NCBI RefSeq assembly: GCF_006345805.1
Contig: NC_043004.1
Coordinates: forward strand, 2,046,001 to 2,110,000
From: Octopus sinensis
Lineage: Eukaryota
Direction: 5' to 3'
Length of the DNA: 64,000 bases
Shown: piece after piece, positions 53,652-64,000 of the stretch
Numbering within the stretch: the stretch's first letter is position 1
Layout of the letters: each line of letters begins with the position of its first letter
The notes under the pieces: model-generated
The model's input: the letters and a program-made list of their open reading frames with translations, nothing else
What the model was told of the DNA's origin: nothing
Database searches by the model: none
Translations under genes and position numbers: made by a program

Positions 53652-53905
53652 GACAAGGTCCTTTCTCTGTGTGTGTGGAGTGTGTATACCTATGTGTGTG
53701 ACTTGTGCGAGTGTGTTTCCGGTACCGCCGTTTAAAAACCGGTGTTAGTTTGTTTATCGTCCCTGTAACTTCGCAATTCGGCAAAAGAAATGGATAGTAT
53801 AAATAACAGACTTAAGAAAAAGAGAAATGTGATAGATTTAATCGACTAAACCTTACAGAATGGTGTTTTAGCACGGATGCAGTCCAATGATTAAAACAAG
53901 TGAAC
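53450..53905 (+). mobile_element. Older SINE family B with internal (CA)n
   Basis: Decayed head, GGTTCAGTCCCA, GACCAAAGCCTTG and 3' body. Confidence 0.7.
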
Positions 53906-54379
53906 GGTAACAGATATATATTTATATACGCAAATTTTATTTTCTAAAATATGGATTAGATATTTTCAATATGAATCAATATATAACAATCTATTGCTTT
54001 TTTTTACTCTTTCGCTTAATTCATCTGAAGCTCTCTGGCTAGGGTGGGGCACCTCTATTGAGTTCCCCGTATTTTTATTTGTATCTTAGTTTCGTAAATT
54101 TAGTTTCTTAGTTTTATATGAATTGACACAGAATGAAGATATTTATCTCCTTGATAAATGATAAAACTGGTTTTATTCACACACGCACATACACATGTAT
54201 GTATGTATGAATGTGTGTGTGTGTATGTACGCATGCATATTCATGCATGCATACATATGTATATGTGATTTATATGTATACATGCATACAGTATATCATA
54301 TATGTATATAATTTATATGCATGCATGTATGAATGTATAAATATCTATACAGCCACGCAATGACAAACACAGACGCACA

Positions 54380-54459
54380 TGTATATATACCCAGGTATAT
54401 ATATATACATATGTATAGATACCCAGGTATATATATATACATATGTATAGATACCCAGG

Positions 54460-54470
<11 letters not shown>
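54380..54470. repeat. 32 bp minisatellite, about 3 units
   Basis: ACCCAGG at 54389, 54421 and 54453. Confidence 0.9.
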
Positions 54471-54493
<23 letters not shown>

Positions 54494-54710
54494 TATATAT
54501 AAATATAAAATTTAGAGGACTGACCACTAAAAGTGGACATCCTATATGCTAAACATAGACATCAAATCGCCAATACCACGAAGTATCTGTTTTCAAGAAA
54601 AATCTCAGCAAAAAACCAAAATGTAAAAATATGCAAGACAAATGAAAATATACGAAATAAAAAACGATTACCTATGTACCATTGGTTTCACTTGTTAATA
54701 TTTATGCATA

Positions 54711-54980
54711 TGGGCACGCAAATATCTGCAAGATCATCAGCATAGTCTGTCGTTTACAAAACACAATTTCGAGAACTAGATGCAGAACGCTCAACCGATA
54801 TCCAGCATGTTTTCCGATATCAGCGCGCCAAAGTGAAGACATTTGAAAGAAGCACCTCAATATAAATTGTAGAACTTTATACATACTGGATTCCGGTTGA
54901 GCGTTCTGTATCTTGTTCTGGAAATTGTGTTTTGTAAACGACAGACTACTCTGATGATCTTGCAGATATTTGCGTGCCCA
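54711..54980. repeat. Fold-back inverted repeat, 100 bp arms, 70 bp spacer
   Basis: 54711-54810 versus 54881-54980, about 8 mismatches; partial tandem copy of the arm end at about 54988-55018. Confidence 0.92.
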
Positions 54981-55458
54981 TTAATTAATGCTGATGATCT
55001 TGTAGATATTGCGTGTCCTTTAATTGTGAATCACAATTAAATATAGTTGAACATAGGTAACTAGGTGATAGGAAGACAATACTCTTTTAGAAGTGCAATA
55101 TTTTACAAATGTTTCAAACCTATGAGACCTCTTCAATTCATATTCGCTCATATTTTAATAGAGAAGCACACATTTCTTTCTTTAATTAATGATACACTTA
55201 ACATTGAAAAATTGTTGCTTAAAATACTTTCCATAATGCTAGGTGTTCTTGCCTGGATTTTTTCCACTGCATTACATTCGTGGCCTTTCTTCGCTCGTCT
55301 GGTTCCTATACTTTGCAACACATCTCTCATTCTCCTTACATTCTTTAGAAACTCCTTATGGAACATAAAATAAGGCGTTTTAAATTGTTAATTCTCAGTC
55401 ATTCTGCATGCGAATACATTCGATAATCGACATATTGCTCCGTGGTGATGGTTGTGGC

Positions 55459-55497
<39 letters not shown>

Positions 55498-55997
55498 TGT
55501 TGTTGTTGTGTTGTTGTAGTAGTGATGGTGGTTGTGTTGGTGGTGGTGGTATTGGTGGTATTAATCATTGTTGTTGCTGTTGATGTTGCCGTAATCACTC
55601 TGTGAAGAATAACCTCCAAAAAAAAAAATGTCTGCATCTCTGAAAATTAATCTATCGTGCCTGATTCTTCTTTAATGATGGCGGCAGCCAAATTAACCGC
55701 TCGTCCGATTTCGTAAACCTGTAAGCAAGTTTCAAAATAAACAGTTTACTCATATTGCCAGTTCAAATTATCAATGAGTGACGAAGTAAAAATTTTCTCA
55801 AAGCCGTTTCTTCTTCTTTATTTTATGAATGCGCTTGTGTGTATGCGTGCGCATGCGTCTGTGAGTATGTAAATAGTTATATTGTATGTATGCTTATATA
55901 TAGGTCTGTATTTAAGAGATGAGGAATTATGTACATTATTTGCATTATTTACATTATTTACATTTAACGGATATTTGTCCTCATCATGTTTGTTGTT

Positions 55998-56042
55998 AAC
56001 ACAACGTTTCGGCTGATATACCTCCAGCCTTCATCAGAGGTC
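55998..56042 (-). ncRNA. Minimal hammerhead, left arm of second G
   Basis: GACCT-CTGATGA-A-GGCTG..CAGCC-GAAAC-GTT/GTGTT; helix I 5' strand mutated. Confidence 0.65.
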
Positions 56043-56106
56043 TTGGAGAAGTTTCGAATCTGGGTTCTCATTCCTATGGTATTTTTCGATGTTATTATTA
56101 TTATTA

Positions 56107-56159
<53 letters not shown>

Positions 56160-56241
56160 TATGCCCACGGGCGTATGGTGTAGTCATTAAGTGCGCGGGC
56201 TACTAACCCCAAGATTCCGAATTCGATTCCAAGCAATGATA

Positions 56242-56302
<61 letters not shown>

Positions 56303-56346
56303 CAACATCTCTTAGGAATGAGAACCCAGGTTCGAAATTTCCCCAC

Positions 56347-56392
56347 GACACCTGATGAAGGCTGGAGGTTATATCAGCTGAAACGTTGTGTT
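56347..56392 (+). ncRNA. Minimal hammerhead, right arm of second G (best preserved)
   Basis: GACAC-CTGATGA-A-GGCTG..CAGCT-GAAAC-GTT/GTGTT; helix I complete, G-U at the base of helix II. Confidence 0.75.
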
Positions 56393-57310
56393 AGCAACAA
56401 ATAAGATGAGGACAAATATCCGTCAAACGTAAATAATGTAAATAAAGTATATTTGCGAAGTTTACATTTTTATATTGTCTATATAAATTCGGAGTAAATG
56501 CAAATTCGGCTGAGTTTTGTCAGAAACTTCAGCCTAGTGTTAGTAAAGTTCTACGAAAGAATTTCTCGTCAAACTGTTAGTTGTCAAAAACCTTTATTTT
56601 AGATTAGTATCTCTGTTGAACATTTCATGTCAGAGCAACTGTGATACTTGTCTATCTTTTGCATGGGTTTGATTTAACTAGACATTATGAGATGTTCAGC
56701 GTTAGTTATCTGACTATCACAGAATATTTCACAACCTCAGACCAAATCAAACAAGATTGTAGCCATCACTTAACTTGGATTTCGTATTCTTCTCATGAAA
56801 AAGCACAATCCTAACATATTTTCCCCGAGGTTATAACAACAGTTTATATCACGCAGCTTATTAATTCAGACGCATTTTTCTACTTAGTATTTATTTTTCT
56901 TTGCTGACTTTGTTATATATTTTTTCGTGGTGGAGGGGGTTGTTTGTTTCTTTACTTTGTAACATGCCAGTTACTCTGTACTAATTTGTCAAATATTTTT
57001 CTTGTTGATGTTGTATTAGTAATGGCTGATTAAATAAACGCAAAAGTATCGCTGACTGATATCGAAGCCGTTCGAATCGTTTTCCGAATAAGGATATTTC
57101 ATGTATAACTTCAATGTATAGTGACAGTCCCAGTGATATGACGATAAATCTCCACTGTCGAAAATTTACACTTCAGGTGAATGTAACCTACGTGTGTGTA
57201 TATATGTGTGTTTGTGGAAACATATTTATCGTAAAGGTATGTATCTCAATACAACTTGACACTTCCTCTAACGCATTACCAATTCATCTAAACCAGTACC
57301 CTCTTAATTT

Positions 57311-57526
57311 AGTATGTATTGTAATATATTTAAAATAGTACCAATTAGTATGTATTGTAATATATTTAAAATAGTACCAATTAGTAAGTATTATAATATA
57401 TTTAAAATAGTACCAATTTGTATGTATTATAATATATTTAAAATAGTACCAATTAGTATGTATTATAATATATTTAAAATAGTACCAATTACTATGTATT
57501 ATAATATATTTAAAATAGTACCAATT
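57311..57526. repeat. 36 bp minisatellite, 6 units
   Basis: AGTATGTATTRTAATATATTTAAAATAGTACCAATT at 57311, 57347, 57383, 57419, 57455 and 57491. Confidence 0.97.
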
Positions 57527-59394
57527 AGCAACTGTTATAAATACATATAAAATTTTTGTAACAGTGACATAAAACTTCCTTTACGCCTCGTTTAGATAAC
57601 ACGATTCACAGAACGAAAATTAAATCTCTGAGCAGATGACACAGCGCCGGTGACAAAATGTGATATCGAACTGTAAACGGATTTAAACACTAATGTTTGA
57701 TTCAACTGTCACTTTTCGTTAGCGAATCTACTATTTCTTTTGTTGTTATTGATACTGCTACTACTATTGTGCTGTTTGCTTCCACTACCACTCCTTTTTA
57801 ACTCTGGCAATGTTGTAACTCACATTATTATAAACATTACATAGTTTCTTCTGGTTGATGAAACCGTAACAGCCATTGTAATTTCTCTCTCATTTAAATA
57901 CAACAAACACCATAACTGTATCTTCTGCTAAAATTGCGTGACACAACGTGTTATTTCTTTAAATATAGCCATTCTTGTAACTGCTACTGTGCGTATATGT
58001 GCGTGTGTGTGTGAGCCTGCTACTGCCACTCTTGCAGGAAAGCTTAAATGCAGCATGAATACAGCGAACGTTGCTGCTGCCGTTTACGCTAACAAATCAT
58101 GGTGGAGTTATTTGTTGATATCGTTGCAGCCGCTACTACACAACTGCTTCAACAGCCACCACTAGATTCTTCTGTAACTACTACTATAACTTTAATAACT
58201 CTAATAGACGAACACTATTGTCTCTTTCAATGCTAACAATGACTGTCACAGCTTATTTCTGTCCGTTTTTACAACTAGAGATTCTACTGTATCTGAGTCT
58301 GCGTCTTACAATTCTGCATAAAACTATAAATAATTATTATAAATACGCAAATCGCGCGTCGCGGTGCTAAATTCTCACGAATTTAAGCAATGTGGTCACC
58401 TTGTTGTTGCTGCCTATCTCTGCTTAGTTTTTCAGTAAACTTAAACAGAATTTTGTACGGGATCACATGGCACGCAGCTCTAGCCCCAGAAGATGTCCTG
58501 TATTTAACTAAAGGCAAAAGTTCACCGTGTGGATATACTTAAGTAGAAAGTATCCTAGTGAGGTTTTTCGTTGATCTTCCGAAACAAAACCTGATAGTTC
58601 CAAAACCAAAAACCAAAACAAAAAAGTTTTGTTTCTTAGCTGATTTTGATAAAGTTACAAGATTGTCTAAAATATTCTTATTTGTTGTTTTATATTCTGT
58701 TTGTTAATACGATTCGAGGTCCCATTATTGATATTATGAACATCTAGTGATCCTCCGAATTTTAAGATTTCTTGGAGAAATTACACCAGATCAAATTCTA
58801 GTAGCTAACATTTGTACCGAGACAGGACTTCAGCTTTTGCATCTTGATGAAATATTTCTCAAAATATACAGTGGTTCCAAGGAATACACTTGGAAAGGAG
58901 CTAGAGCCACTGAATATTCATCTGGGAATTTAGAGTATCAGATAATTTGATCTGACATTGGTTGGTATTTCGTAATCTATCATGGCGTCACGATGAGTCC
59001 TTCACAAAGATATTTACTTCACAATAATTTTTTCTTAATTTTTATATTGTGTTCTAAACACGCAAAATATATTTTTCGCTGCGACAGCATTATTCTTCTG
59101 CAATTTTGTTTTCTTTGCCCAAAACAGTAACCTTTTCTTGTTGTATATAATCTTCGTCACAGCACTGCCGCCATGTAATTTTCTTCTAATGAAACCAAAG
59201 TTTGAAGAAAATAGATTCCACTACAATTGTGCCCAGCTGAGTCTTTGTATTTACAGAGTATTTATCTGGTTATGGGGCATTTATAGATAGATAGATAAAT
59301 AGCTAGATAGATAAATATACATATGTATACATATATATATATATATACATATGTATATGCATGTATACATATTTATATGTATATATGTATGCGT

Positions 59395-59480
59395 GTGTAA
59401 ACAAAAGATGAAGTCAGGTGGTGTAGACAACAAACAGATGCATTAGTCTAACGCTCGGGAAATGAAAAAGTCTTTGAGAG
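59395..59480 (-). mobile_element. Repeat H copy
   Basis: CAGGTGGTGTAGACAACAAACAG, reverse complement of the body at about 35000-35025. Confidence 0.6.
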
Positions 59481-60509
59481 AGGGATCTAACATAAATTCA
59501 CATCAGATATCGCAGTAGAAGTAAAATTAAAACATTTCACTAAAACTTGTTTTATACAAACGAATAAGAGACCATCAATCGGTGTATTCAATTCAGGCTT
59601 GAGATAATAGACTGGTTACAATTGATTAGAAGAAACCCTGCTCTGATAAGGTTACAATATAACGAGTTGTAGACCTTATGGAAAAATGCTATATTCCATT
59701 GTCTGACAGACAGTTACATTGCTTTTATGAATCGAGGCATCTGACATATTTGACAAAGTAAGGTGTGAATAACGTCAAAGGCATTGGAAACTAAACTTCG
59801 TGTCATATTTTAAGATTTAGTTATCAATTAGTTCTTAGACGTTTATAAACACTTCTTCGAATCTGAACATTTTATATGAAGAATCTACATTTCTTTACTA
59901 CTTACAAAGCACTAATTTGGACTTTGGTGGGATTTAGTCACAGAATACCGAAACAGTAATATAAATATATCGTAGTATAGAATGAAGAATTGGTTATCGC
60001 TGTACATTGTAATTACGTATATAAAAGAAAAACTTCAATTCTTTTTATTTGTGTTTCTATTTTGTTTGTTCGTTTTTTGTATTTTTTTTGTGTCTCTTAC
60101 AACTGTGATGTGTATATTAAATATGAACAACATTCCTTTCAGCTTGCAATAATACAGGGATGTTGTCGCATTCATACTTACTTTATGATTAATTTTAAGA
60201 GTTTTTAAAGTTTTTGGAGATTATTCGAAAATCGAAGACAATCAATATGTATTTATATGTGAGTGTGTGAATGTGGACGTGCGTACATGTGTTTGTGTGT
60301 AAGCGTCTGCGTATATCAAAATATGCTGAAATTCTAAATCTATAAAATAATAAAAATATTTGCTCTACCATTATATTTAACTGGAATGAAACCTGCTTTG
60401 ATTTTTGATTCGGGAATTTCAAATAAATGCAGACACACGCGCGCGCACACACACAGACACACACAGAGACACACAAACAGACACACAGACACACTCAGAC
60501 ATACAGACA

Positions 60510-60544
<35 letters not shown>

Positions 60545-60860
60545 AAGCACACGCACACATACATTATATGTTTGGTGCTTTGGTGATGCGAACGGAGAAG
60601 TGGATTTCAAAACATGAGTCTATATACGGTTTTTATAAATGATCGGCAGACGTTACAGATTGACTCAAGGCCCGAGAGTTTCGGGCATTAATTATCAAAT
60701 ATATATGTGTATGTGTGTGTATGCGTCTGTATGTATCTATGTATGTATGCATATGTATATATATATATATATATTTATATACGTATATATATATATCTAT
60801 ATGTGTGTGTTTGTGTGAGTGCATGGGAATCTATATATATGTACATATATATGCCTAAAT

Positions 60861-61151
60861 GTGGAGGCGCAATGGCCTAGTGGTTAGGGCAGTGGACTCG
60901 CGGTCGTAGGATCGCGGTTTAGATTCCCAGAGTGTTTATTGAGCGAAAACACCTAAAAGCTCCACGAGGCTCCGGCGGGGGGGGGGATCCCTGCTGTACT
61001 CTTTCACCACTCTTTCTCCCACTCTTTCTTCTGTTGGCCTGCTCGCTTAGCCAGCGGGGTGGCGTCATTCGAAGGCTAAAACAATGAGAACGCATTGTGA
61101 CCAGCGATGTGTAACAGCATCTGATGGTCTGGTCGGTCACGTGATCACGTG
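60861..61151 (+). mobile_element. SINE, D-type head with a different tail, 14 bp TSD
   Basis: GTGGAGGCGCAATGGCCTAGTGG head; TSD ATATATGCCTAAAT at 60847-60860 and 61152-61165. Confidence 0.9.
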
Positions 61152-61627
61152 ATATATGCCTAAATACAAACATAATCACACACATACGCACACACACACA
61201 CAAATATGTACGTATGTGTGAGTGAATGCACGTACAGTCTATTCGAAGAGATACATAAATAGACGATATCAAATACAAATGAATTTATTAAACACCTTCT
61301 CACGAGGTATCCATATTTCTGGCTATCACTTTATGTATATGAAGAACTAAAGTCTTGGTCGGCAAACATATTTTATTCAAACATATTTTGGTACAGAAAC
61401 TGGCCATTTACAGAAACAACAGAAAAATTAAGTTCGAAAATGCGCTTGACATCTCTTGCAAAGGAATTTCCTGGTTTAGTTGATGACTGGAGTTTATATA
61501 ACGAATAGTATTTAAAATCGTCTTACTGAAACGAATATAAGTTTCCGAGAGAGCAAAGTGGTTAGTGAAGAAGGTGCGATTCAAATAAATCAAGTTTAGA
61601 GAATTACTACAACGATATATAAATACA

Positions 61628-61952
61628 GTGAGGGCGCGTGGCTTAGTGGTTAGGGCATTCGGCTCATGATCGTAAGGTTGTGAGTTCGATTCCCGGCGAC
61701 GCGTTGTGTCCTTGAGCAAGACACTTTATTTCACGTTGCTCCAGTCCACTCAGCTGGCAAAAATGAGTTGTACTTGTATTTCAAAGGGTCAGCCTTGTCA
61801 CTCTCTGTGTCACGCTGATTATCCCCGAGAACTACGTTAAGGGTACACGTGTCTGTGGAATGCTCAGCCATTTGCACGTTAATTTCACGAGCAAGCTGTT
61901 CCGTTGATCGTATCAGCTGGGACCCTCGTCGTCGTAACCGGCGGAGTCTTTA
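61628..61952 (+). mobile_element. SINE, C-type head with a different tail, 11 bp TSD
   Basis: GGCGCGTGGCTTAGTGG, GAGTTCGATTCCC, shared core; TSD ATATAAATACA at 61617-61627 and 61953-61963. Confidence 0.9.
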
Positions 61953-63039
61953 ATATAAATACAATTGAATGGAATGAACACTTGAAACTAAAAGCAAATA
62001 ACATTTTGAAATAAATATATGTTGTATTTTCTTTATAGAGACGATGGCTGAAGAAGTTCATGTACAATAATAGAGACACTAAGGATATTGTTAGAATTAA
62101 TTCTGGAGCGATATTCAAGAAGTAGTACTCATATATATACATTAGTAGCAAATTAACGGTAGTTCATGCTTTAGAAAACCTTAGATTTAAACACAAACGT
62201 TTCCCATATAGAGAAGAAATTTGGGAAATCTGTTTGTATAACCGTTTTCTAATGACACCCTTACCACAAAATGGAACAAGTAGACTAAAACAATATCATG
62301 GCAATATCGTCTTTAATTAGGGATTTCAGAGTATCGAGAAGAAGCGAAACCATAGTCTCCTGACTTCCCTATACACTAATTTTCAAGTACACTTCATAGA
62401 ATTAAAGTGTAGTTGTATAATAGATTATATAGAATAATATAGTTACCTAGCTATCCAAAAAACTATTCTGACATTCTGAGCTCTAGAAAGGTAATTAGTA
62501 TACATAGATAATAATGGTTTCTAAGAAAGGCACAAGGCCAGAAATTTTGAGGGGCGGCGAATAAGCGATTTTGTGGGGCGGGGAATAAAATATTGATCCA
62601 ACGCTTGACTACTAGTATATAGACTCATCAACTATATACCAGGATGAAGCAGAACCACTGAGAGAAGTTGCTAAAGTGGTCGACCATTCTTTAAAACTGA
62701 TCCCTGCTCGATATTTTTATTGCGAGATGTGATGCTATTACAAATCATGGCTTCGGATTCTATCAAAGGGATGATGTATTGGAAATCATATACCATATAC
62801 CACATCAATGGCCGTTAGGTGAAAAAAAAAAAAGATTTCAATTAGAATATTCAAAGAAGCTAATTTAAACATATTTAGCACAAAATTTATGAAAGTTAAC
62901 TTTTTTGATATAAAACTACATTTAAAGTCTTTACAACTAAGGAAATAAAAAATATATTCATGCAAGAAAATGCCAAACGCAAAGGTATGTTTAGGAATTT
63001 TGTAAGTAGGAGAGTTTCTGGATAATCCTGTGCCAGATA

Positions 63040-63170
63040 CTTTTAGCTGATATAGGGAACTCGAAACGTAAAAGACTTTCTCACCTTCCCGAGCGTCAAA
63101 CTAATACACTTCCTTGCTGTTTATACACCTGTCTTCGTCTTTTGTTTTTCTATAAATTTCAACTATAAAT
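63040..63170 (+). mobile_element. Repeat H copy with decayed hammerhead-like start
   Basis: CTGATAT..GAAAC-GTA/AAAGAC then CCCGAGCGTCAAACTAATAC..CCTGTCTTCGTC. Confidence 0.55.
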
Positions 63171-63176
63171 ATATAT

Positions 63177-63256
<80 letters not shown>

Positions 63257-63442
63257 CGAGTGAGTGGAGAAACGAAAGCGGCATTCAACACTACAATTTA
63301 ATAACAGCTTGACTTGGTTTTATACAAATTAAAATTTCGCTCTACAGGCCAACAAAACTGCAGGCATACAAAAATTCCAGTTGTATTAAGCTGACTCAAG
63401 CTATTACCAAACTGTATACGCGTACACACACGCACACACACA

Positions 63443-63509
<67 letters not shown>

Positions 63510-64000
63510 CCCAGGCGAAACTCTGAGTAAGCTGTCAACTTTCAACATAACTAGCGCAAACATACACACACGTATTATCAAACTTTGAACTGATCCTATT
63601 TTCTCTTATAATAATTTAGAGTTTTTAATTTTTCCAACTTCCACGTCTCACGGATTCTCAAAACATAAACGAATCCAAGACAGTGAAAGTGTGTGTCAAA
63701 TAGATGAACCTCACCATTTATTGGCTGATGTTGAATCTAGCTGTTATTTGTTTTTATACATTTTCTGCTGCTGATTACAATAACCTATTTTTTTTCCTTC
63801 AATATTTTACAGAAATATCACTAACTAGAATTCTAAATGCGCTTCAGGATAACGCCCGCTGAAGATATTCTCAGCCAGCTCATACTGTATCGTCTTCATT
63901 TTCTCTTTGTCTGTCTCTCCCTTTCTCCTTCCCCCTGTCTCCCTGTTTCCCCGTCTCTGTATGTCTAACGCTCTCTCTCTCTCTCTCTCCTCTCTCTCTC

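Larger units (their letters stand above)
55903..56445. mobile_element. Second palindromic element G (left tRNA head mostly deleted)
   Basis: Tail 55903-56090 (-), (ATT)n, centre ATATGCCC-AC-GGGCGTAT, head 56169-56245 (+), (AAT)n, tail about 56305-56445 (+). Confidence 0.9.

Noticed and set aside
56600-57110. Possible second Penelope GIY-YIG end (FPRGYN) with a decayed hammerhead near 57055
   Set aside because: Too many stops and too few conserved residues to support by eye
57311-57550. CRISPR-like array or 12 aa repeat protein (MYCNIFKIVPIS)
   Set aside because: Contiguous 36 bp units with no spacers, in eukaryotic context; an ordinary minisatellite
58747-58950. Clean 67 aa ORF
   Set aside because: No recognisable motif and no convincing splice sites; expected by chance in 64 kb

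Overview
Eukaryotic, AT-rich, microsatellite-dense DNA with no recognisable host exon. It reads as intron or intergenic sequence, and the repeat content suggests an octopus/coleoid cephalopod (inference, not checked by search). Nearly every ORF in the supplied track is a microsatellite or repeat artefact. Real content: (1) over 20 tRNA-derived SINE copies in several modular families (my labels A, A', B, C, D, E, I), several with target-site duplications (TSDs); (2) dead LINE remnants: three R4/Dong-type insertions next to (TAA)n, a Tx1/L1-type element split into two oppositely oriented halves, a CR1/L2-type RT end and a Penelope GIY-YIG end; (3) small DNA elements (mariner and pogo-type MITEs, a Helitron, a Helentron-like element); (4) at least eight fold-back inverted repeats, several carrying minimal hammerhead-ribozyme (HHR) motifs of the Penelope type. 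The best candidate for something undescribed is a palindromic element present twice (36843-37713, 55903-56445). Its full layout is two head-to-head tRNA-like Pol III heads, each followed by (AAT)n and a hammerhead-bearing tail; the second copy has lost most of its left head. Coordinates were read by eye. All family assignments and ribozyme activity remain to be tested.
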